64,000 nucleotides of DNA from Vampirovibrionaceae bacterium NZW_1234 (GTDB taxonomy: Bacteria; Cyanobacteriota; Vampirovibrionia; Vampirovibrionales; JAGQHJ01): contig JBGUGD010000014.1 in the NCBI GenBank assembly GCA_041697335.1, positions 32,001 through 96,000 of the forward strand, in the 5' to 3' direction. The notes below the pieces were generated by a model. That model was given only the letters and a program-made list of their open reading frames with translations, was not told where the DNA came from and made no database searches. Shown piece after piece: positions 57,923 through 64,000 of the stretch; the first letter of the stretch is position 1; each line of letters starts with the position of its first letter. The position numbers and the translations under genes are program-made.

Positions 57923-58037
57923 GAATGGACTTTTTGTTTCGTTTTTTCGGGTTTCGAAGTTTTCATATCGACGCGCCCTGTCTTTTGAGTAAAATAGGGC
58001 CATATTCTGCGTTTTATTGACTGAGGAGAGGACCCCC

Positions 58038-58991
58038 ATGCCCACCATGACGATTCCCAATTTGTACGGCCGTGATTTTTTGACCATTGAAGACTACACC
58101 ACCGAAGAAGTCTTGGCCCTTCTCGATCTGGCCCAGGCGCTTAAAGAAGAGAAAAAGGCCGGCAAAGCCCACCCCCTGCTTCAGGGCAAAAGCATTGCCA
58201 TGTACTTTGAAAAGCCCAGCAACCGCACCCGGGTGAGCTTTGAAGTGGGTATTTATGACCTCGGCGCTCATCCCATCTATCTTCGTAAGGAGGAAATCAA
58301 CCTGGGCGTTCGCGAAACCATTGCCGACACGGCTCGCACCCTCAGCCGCTATGTCGATGGCATTATGATTCGTACCTTTGCCCAATCCGACGTGGATGAA
58401 TTGGCCCAATGGGCTTCAGTTCCGGTCATCAATGGGCTCACCGACGAACATCACCCCTGCCAGGTCATGGCCGACTTGTTGTCCGTGAAGGAAGCCTTTG
58501 GCAGTTTTCAAGGCAAAAAGCTGGCCTACATTGGCGACGGCAACAACATGGCCCACAGCCTATTGATTGGCTGCGCCACGGTGGGGATGGATGTGGCCAT
58601 TGCCACACCGGCAGGCTACGAGCCCCATAAGACCGTTGTCCAAAAAGCGGAAGAAATCGGCCAAAAAACCGGCGCCACCATCACCATCACCCACAGCATT
58701 ACCACGGCGGCTGAAGGCGCTCATGCTCTTTATACCGATGTCTGGGCCAGCATGGGTCAGGAAGCGGAGGCCGAAGAGCGTCGCCGCACCTTCCAAAGCT
58801 ACCAGATTGACGCCAAGCTGATGGAAGTGGCCGACCCCAAAGCCATTGTTCTGCACTGCCTGCCTGCGCACCGGGGTGAAGAGATCTCCCACGATGTCCT
58901 GGAAGCCCACGCAGAAACCATCTTCAACCAGGCCGAAAATCGCCTGCATGCCCAAAAAGCGATTCTGGTGGCCCTCATCAAAAAACCCTAA
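58038..58991 (+). CDS. argF: Ornithine carbamoyltransferase
   Basis: FEKPSNRTRVSFE, HPCQ, GDGNNM, YTDVWASMGQE, HCLPAHRG, AENRLH. Confidence 0.96.
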   Translation: MPTMTIPNLYGRDFLTIEDYTTEEVLALLDLAQALKEEKKAGKAHPLLQGKSIAMYFEKPSNRTRVSFEVGIYDLGAHPIYLRKEEINLGVRETIADTARTLSRYVDGIMIRTFAQSDVDELAQWASVPVINGLTDEHHPCQVMADLLSVKEAFGSFQGKKLAYIGDGNNMAHSLLIGCATVGMDVAIATPAGYEPHKTVVQKAEEIGQKTGATITITHSITTAAEGAHALYTDVWASMGQEAEAEERRRTFQSYQIDAKLMEVADPKAIVLHCLPAHRGEEISHDVLEAHAETIFNQAENRLHAQKAILVALIKKP

Positions 58992-59012
58992 AACCCTCTT
59001 GATTCGATCTGC

Positions 59013-59042
59013 TGCGGGCGAGAGAACACACTCTCGCCCGCA
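59013..59042. terminator. Hairpin between convergent genes
   Basis: TGCGGGCGAGAG-aacaca-CTCTCGCCCGCA. Confidence 0.65.
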
Positions 59043-59055
59043 ACGGTTTTAAACC

Positions 59056-59478
59056 TTATTGGCGAGCCTGCTTATCCAGGTACTGCTGTAAGATCAATGC
59101 GGCGGCCGTTTTATCCGTCAGATGCTTCTGCTTGGACGGCTGAACACCCTGCTCTCGCAGGCTTTGTTGGGCAATCACCGACGTAAAACGCTCATCCTCA
59201 TAAACCACCGTCACCCCAGTGGCCTCAATCAATTGCTGGGCAAAGGCCTCTACAGCTTCCGCCGACTCCCCTTTTTCGCCGGTGCTCCGAAGCGGCAGTC
59301 CCATCACCACCAACTCGACCTGGTACTCGTCCATAATCTCTTTTAAGGCTTGAATCAGCTTTTTGGCAGACTGATTGGGCAGGGTATCATAGCCTGAAGC
59401 AAACATACTCAAGGGATCGCTAATGGCGACACCCACACGTTTTTTGCCATAATCCAAGCCCAGCAGGCGTCCCATCAT
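59056..59478 (-). CDS. ruvX: Pre-16S rRNA nuclease / Holliday junction resolvase-like RuvX (YqgF)
   Basis: LGLDYGKKRVGVAISD, VMGLP, DERFTS, D..AAALILQ.YLD. Confidence 0.95.
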   Translation of the reverse strand: MMGRLLGLDYGKKRVGVAISDPLSMFASGYDTLPNQSAKKLIQALKEIMDEYQVELVVMGLPLRSTGEKGESAEAVEAFAQQLIEATGVTVVYEDERFTSVIAQQSLREQGVQPSKQKHLTDKTAAALILQQYLDKQARQ

Positions 59479-59495
59479 CGTCTTCCCAGTTGCAG

Positions 59496-61178
59496 CTATA
59501 TTTCCCAGTGAGCCAAAACCGCGTCCACCAGCTCGGACAGCCCCTCCACTTTCGCCGAACTGGCCCGAAGCCGCAAAAGCTCCTCCCCAACACAGCGGCG
59601 TCCAAAGGCACGAACAAACCCCGTGAGGGCTTTTTGGGGATCCGTCTCGCTTTGAAGCTTATAGGCTTCCGTGGCCGCAAGATTGCGAAAAGTATGGGTA
59701 TTCTGGCAATGCAGCAGATAGGCCGCCTCTGACAGGCGATACATCATAAGAGGCCGCCAGTCGGTGGTATACAACTCCAGCATCATCGCATCGGCCAGCT
59801 GCTCCAGGTCCTGAAAATAGCCAGCCTCCTCCTGATCACCATCCGCCGCCAAGTAAAGCTGGGTTTTGGTTACAACCTCTTGCAAGACTTTGGTCACCAC
59901 CGGATCATCGCCTTGTTCCAGGAACCAGCTGGTAAAGTCCGGATGCTGATACAAATTGTCGGTTTCTTCCAGCCAATCCTTGCGGACCCATTGGTCAAAC
60001 TGCTCCAGATCCTCTGGCGGCTGAGGCAGAATATCCGACATCATGGGTTGCCAACACCAGTATTCATAGGGCAGGCGAAAGGCATTGGCGAAATTTCGGG
60101 ACTCGGCCAGGCCCAGTTTATAGGCCGCGAATTCCGGGGAGACTTTGATTTTCGTCGCCCCTTCATGGAACTTATCCACGATCTTAAAGAAATCCCCGGT
60201 GCTGACCTGGTAAAACCCGAAGCAATCAATCAAGCCATGGACATCATTCAGGGCCACACACATCATGGTGATGTCCCCATTGGCTCGCTGACGACTAAAC
60301 AGCAGTCCCTGGTTCCCGATGCCATCGCTGATGGTGAGAAAACATTGAAAGGGTAAGGTTTCTTTCGCTAATGAGTGGGGTTCTTCCGCGGGGTGTTCCG
60401 CGTCTTCCTCGCCGGGTTGATACACTCCGGCAAGCTGGAGCTGCTTCAGTGCTTTGCTAATCAGCCGCTCAGGAATCGGCAGCCTGTCTTCAGACCAGAG
60501 CGACAGCCGTGACAGAATCTGAGCTGCTTTGGCCGACCGGGTTTCCCCCAGGTTTTGAACCAGCTGCTCCCACAATTCCGGAGACGGATCGGACAGCAGC
60601 AAGGGAATATAGATATTCACCAGGTATTCCGAGGGATAGTCATGTTGCAAGGTGCCCAACAATCGGGCTTGATCCGGGGCCTCGAGGGACAGAATAAAAT
60701 CGATAAAATCAATCAAGGCCTCGGGGTTTTCCGTGGAGACCTCCAGCATGCGGATGGTCTCACGGCCAATCAGGCCTTGGGGATCCTGGAGGTACTCCAG
60801 GTACAAATCAGGATCGGTGGTGTCACCCAGATGACGCAACACCAAATTTGAGGCATCTTTAATCTCATCGGGAACCTTAGGATCCTGAATAACGGCCCAG
60901 AGCTTGTCTTGCAAATACTCGATATTTCCCAACTCCATCAGAAGCTGCATCACCACCTGCATGGTCTGGGTCGACCCCGAGCGTTGCAGCTCCTTGACCA
61001 GTACATCCAGCACCGGCTCCTGGGGTTGAATATCTTGCAGGCGCTTGAGTTGCTTCAGACGCTCATTTTTCGGAGCATCCGCCATACTCACCAGATGCTG
61101 GACAACGGCCAGCACCTCGCTACGAATCACCAGCTTGCTGGGGTGACTTGACGATCCTGGTGTGTGAGGGGTATTCAT
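59496..61178 (-). CDS. Hypothetical protein (N-terminal HEAT-like helical region)
   Basis: 560-aa ORF, 17 nt upstream of ruvX; DG.G...L..SR motif. Confidence 0.75.
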   Translation of the reverse strand: MNTPHTPGSSSHPSKLVIRSEVLAVVQHLVSMADAPKNERLKQLKRLQDIQPQEPVLDVLVKELQRSGSTQTMQVVMQLLMELGNIEYLQDKLWAVIQDPKVPDEIKDASNLVLRHLGDTTDPDLYLEYLQDPQGLIGRETIRMLEVSTENPEALIDFIDFILSLEAPDQARLLGTLQHDYPSEYLVNIYIPLLLSDPSPELWEQLVQNLGETRSAKAAQILSRLSLWSEDRLPIPERLISKALKQLQLAGVYQPGEEDAEHPAEEPHSLAKETLPFQCFLTISDGIGNQGLLFSRQRANGDITMMCVALNDVHGLIDCFGFYQVSTGDFFKIVDKFHEGATKIKVSPEFAAYKLGLAESRNFANAFRLPYEYWCWQPMMSDILPQPPEDLEQFDQWVRKDWLEETDNLYQHPDFTSWFLEQGDDPVVTKVLQEVVTKTQLYLAADGDQEEAGYFQDLEQLADAMMLELYTTDWRPLMMYRLSEAAYLLHCQNTHTFRNLAATEAYKLQSETDPQKALTGFVRAFGRRCVGEELLRLRASSAKVEGLSELVDAVLAHWEI

Positions 61179-61216
61179 ATTAAGATTGTATTACACTTTC
61201 AGGGATCCGAATCCAT

Positions 61217-62557
61217 ATGGATGCACGAATTAAATCGGTTCAGACGGACAGCATTGCGTGGGAGCTGGGTATTAAACCCGGCGCAAAGCTCCTGGCTATT
61301 AATGGCCGACGCGATTTGGAAGATCTTTTCGACTATGAGTATGAATCGTCCCTGGAATCTGCGATTATCCTGGAAATTGAGCACCCCAACGGGGAACTGG
61401 AAGAATTTGAAATTGAAAAAGATCCGGAAGAGCCCTTGGGCCTGGAGTTTGAGTCGCCGATTTTCACCCCGATCAAGACCTGCAACAATGCGTGTCCCTT
61501 CTGCTTTATCGACCAACAACCCGAGGGCCTGCGCCCGACGTTGTATGTGAAAGACGACGATTATCGCCTGTCCTACTTCTGCAACACCTATATCACGCTA
61601 ACCAACCTCACCCGCCACGATCGAGAGCGCATTAGCCGGATTCGTCCAGGTCCGCTTTATGTCTCCGTTCACTCCACAGTCCCGGACATCCGCCAACAGC
61701 TTTTGGTCAACCCCAAGGCCGGAGAAATCATGAAAGAGCTGGAGTGGCTGGCCAGTCTCGGGGTTCCCTTTCACGCCCAGCTGGTGATCTGCCCCGGCAT
61801 CAACGACGGCGAGAGCTTGACTCAAACCCTCCAAGACCTGGCGACCCTCTACCCTCACTGCCTGTCGGTGGCCGTGGTGCCCGTGGGCCTGACCTCCTAC
61901 CGGGGCAACCTGCCCACGCTGACGGCGGTAGACAAAGCCACGGCCATTGATGTCATCAAGCGCCTGCGTGAGTTCCAGAAAACCTCCAAGATCAAGGAAT
62001 TCGCCTTTGCCTCCGACGAGTTTTACGTCAGAGCCGACATGCCCATTCCCGGCTACGAGGCTTACGGCGATTTTCCGCAATTGGATGACGGTGTCGGCAC
62101 GGCTCGCCTGTTGACGGAAGAATTCTTCAAGCTCGAACACACCCTTCCCAAGTCCATTTCCCCTGAACGTCGCCACATCGCCCTGACGGGCAAGCTGGGG
62201 GGCATGGTGCTTCAACCCATTGTCCAACGCCTGAACCAGGTTCAAGGACTCTATGTCGATCTGGTCATTATCGACAACAAGTTCTGGGGCGAAGCCGTCA
62301 CCGTATCCGGCCTGATTACCGGACAAGACATTCTGAACACACTGGAAGGACAAGACTTGTCCGGTTACCAAAGCATTTTAATTCCTGAAACCATGCTCAA
62401 ATCGGACGACACCTTGTTCCTGGACGGCTTCAGCCTGGCCGACCTCGAAGACCGGCTGAAATGTCCCATCGACGTGGTTGAAGACCCAAGCCGAGCGGAG
62501 TCCCTTCTGGAAGTGCTCTTTGAAGACGAATGGGATCCGGACGAAGCGCTGCTTTAA
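61217..62557 (+). CDS. TIGR03279/DUF512 family radical SAM protein with N-terminal PDZ-like domain
   Basis: SIAWELGI, CNNACPFCFIDQ, YVKDDDYRLS, VVPVGLT, ASDEFY, QLDDGVG, VSGLITG.D. Confidence 0.92.
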   Translation: MDARIKSVQTDSIAWELGIKPGAKLLAINGRRDLEDLFDYEYESSLESAIILEIEHPNGELEEFEIEKDPEEPLGLEFESPIFTPIKTCNNACPFCFIDQQPEGLRPTLYVKDDDYRLSYFCNTYITLTNLTRHDRERISRIRPGPLYVSVHSTVPDIRQQLLVNPKAGEIMKELEWLASLGVPFHAQLVICPGINDGESLTQTLQDLATLYPHCLSVAVVPVGLTSYRGNLPTLTAVDKATAIDVIKRLREFQKTSKIKEFAFASDEFYVRADMPIPGYEAYGDFPQLDDGVGTARLLTEEFFKLEHTLPKSISPERRHIALTGKLGGMVLQPIVQRLNQVQGLYVDLVIIDNKFWGEAVTVSGLITGQDILNTLEGQDLSGYQSILIPETMLKSDDTLFLDGFSLADLEDRLKCPIDVVEDPSRAESLLEVLFEDEWDPDEALL

Positions 62558-63999
62558 AACGATGATCGGGCTTTTTCGGCTTTGCTGTTGGGCCCAAAGC
62601 TGACTTGCCGCTTGGGCGGATTAAAAAACACGGGCTTTTTACGGGCCGGCATCCACAGCAAGGTGCCAAAGGTAATTAAAAGATACAGCATCAGGAACGT
62701 GGCCATGGCAATCATCACCATCACCTGGGTAACGGAATCCAGATGCGTCACAAAGAGCAGGCCCAAGGCCATGCCCATCACAATCAGCACCGTCTGTCCA
62801 AAGGCCAGGAGCAGAAATCCGGCTTTCACATAACGGGCCAGGGGCTTCCACTCGTCATAATACAAGCGCGTACGTTGGCTGCTACCGGCCACTGCCCGAT
62901 CTTTGCCCGGCAAACCGAGCAGTTGCAGCCCCTCTTTGATGAGGCTGGGGTAGTTCTTGGCGGCATCGGGGCCAAAGAGGCGATCCATCAGATAGGTGCG
63001 CTGCACAAAGTCCTTGGCATATTCCACGGCGATGCCCATAAACTGGATTTGCGGATACAGCGTGGTCGCCACCCCTTCCAGGGTAATCAGGGCCCGGAAC
63101 ATGAAGGTAAAGGACGCTGGCAGCCTGAACGGGTAGTAATACATCACTTCGGCCATCTCATCGGCCAAGTGTTCAAAATTCAGCTGATCGTGAGGGACGT
63201 TATAGTAATTTTCCAAGGCCCACTCGACCAAATGACGCAACTCATCCAAGTCCGCCCCGGGGACAATCATGCCCAGGTCCATCAGGTTTTTCAAAATGGC
63301 GTCCGGACGCTTGTTAACGATATTCAGGAAGGTATTGATCATCTGGACCCGGGTTTCATCCGGAATCCAACCGACCATCCCGAAGTCATAAAAAACGATT
63401 TGCCCCTCGGCGTTTACCACAATATTGCCGGGATGAGGGTCGGCATGAAAGAACCCATCCAACAGCAACTGTTGAAAGTACGACCGCACCAGATTGACAG
63501 AGATCTCATTTCGGGCAAAACCGGCTTCTTCCAGCGTGGCCAAGTCATTTACCTTGGTCCCGGGCAGGTATTCCATCACAATCACCCGACGGGAGGTGTA
63601 TTTCCAGTGAATTTCCGGAATACGAATATGGGGCATATGGGCAAAATTGCGGCGGAACTGATCCGCATTGCGCCCTTCCTGAATATAATCCACCTCTTCA
63701 AAGAGGGTCCGCCCGAATTCATCAATAATATCGACCCATTCCCGGCTCCGTCCCAGCTCGGTGTTGCGCTGCAGGATGCGGGCCACGCGTTTCAGAATGC
63801 TTAAATCCATCATGAACTGCCGGATGAGGTTGGGCCGCTGAACCTTAATCACAGCCAATTGGCCGCTTTTCAGGGTCACCCGGTGTACCTGCCCCAAACT
63901 GGCAGCGGCAATGGGATTCGCATGAAACGTCTCAAAGAGTTCCTCGGGCGCAGCACCCAATTCTTCCTCGATAATGCGCCTGGCCTGAGCCACCGGAAA
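62554..63999 (-). CDS. AarF/ABC1/UbiB family kinase, 5'-truncated by the window edge
   Basis: PIAAASLGQVH, VIKVQRP, DY..EG.N, GFFHADPHPGN, DFGMVG, C-terminal TMs; frame open to the window end. Confidence 0.95.
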   Translation of the reverse strand, partial: FPVAQARRIIEEELGAAPEELFETFHANPIAAASLGQVHRVTLKSGQLAVIKVQRPNLIRQFMMDLSILKRVARILQRNTELGRSREWVDIIDEFGRTLFEEVDYIQEGRNADQFRRNFAHMPHIRIPEIHWKYTSRRVIVMEYLPGTKVNDLATLEEAGFARNEISVNLVRSYFQQLLLDGFFHADPHPGNIVVNAEGQIVFYDFGMVGWIPDETRVQMINTFLNIVNKRPDAILKNLMDLGMIVPGADLDELRHLVEWALENYYNVPHDQLNFEHLADEMAEVMYYYPFRLPASFTFMFRALITLEGVATTLYPQIQFMGIAVEYAKDFVQRTYLMDRLFGPDAAKNYPSLIKEGLQLLGLPGKDRAVAGSSQRTRLYYDEWKPLARYVKAGFLLLAFGQTVLIVMGMALGLLFVTHLDSVTQVMVMIAMATFLMLYLLITFGTLLWMPARKKPVFFNPPKRQVSFGPNSKAEKARSSF

Positions 64000-64000
64000 C

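Noticed and set aside
62743..63804. Long antisense ORFs (e.g. 62743-63804, 61598-62371, 14873-15688, 41055-41690)
   Set aside because: Shadows of well-supported genes on the opposite strand, with no recognisable motifs.
52700..64000. Apparently higher GC content in the right end as a horizontally acquired island
   Set aside because: The region holds core genes (priA, argF, ruvX) and has no integrase or att site; the shift was judged by eye only and was not computed.

Overview
Chromosomal window from a diderm bacterium (LptC present). The gene mix of an RRM RNA-binding protein, a TIGR03279/DUF512 radical SAM protein, an AarF kinase, MenG and no photosynthesis genes fits a non-photosynthetic cyanobacterial relative (Vampirovibrionia/Melainabacteria); this assignment is inference only. 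About 57 CDS are present. Housekeeping genes (gyrA, metH, priA, argF, folC, rpe, dcd, menG, ruvX, lptC) are interleaved with many orphan proteins. I recognised no rRNA, tRNA, CRISPR array, transposase or prophage. Main signals: (1) about 8 unrelated proteins, mostly hydrolases, carry a polar N-terminal leader ending in a shared ...F-G/F-S/F-A motif instead of a Sec signal, a candidate dedicated export signal; (2) three related C/A/U-rich small-RNA candidates at 28.7-29.3 kb with a covarying terminator, anti-Shine-Dalgarno motifs and a predicted in-window target; (3) sigma-28-like promoters in front of several orphans and one sRNA; (4) a sigma-70 promoter, a ~185-nt structured repeat-bearing leader, an unknown protein and a dCTP deaminase forming one unit; (5) a caspase-like (clan CD) protein that ends just after its catalytic Cys, a collagen-like protein, several pseudo-enzymes, an 11-bp phased DNA repeat array and a MITE. 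All calls come from reading motifs by eye; no searches were run.
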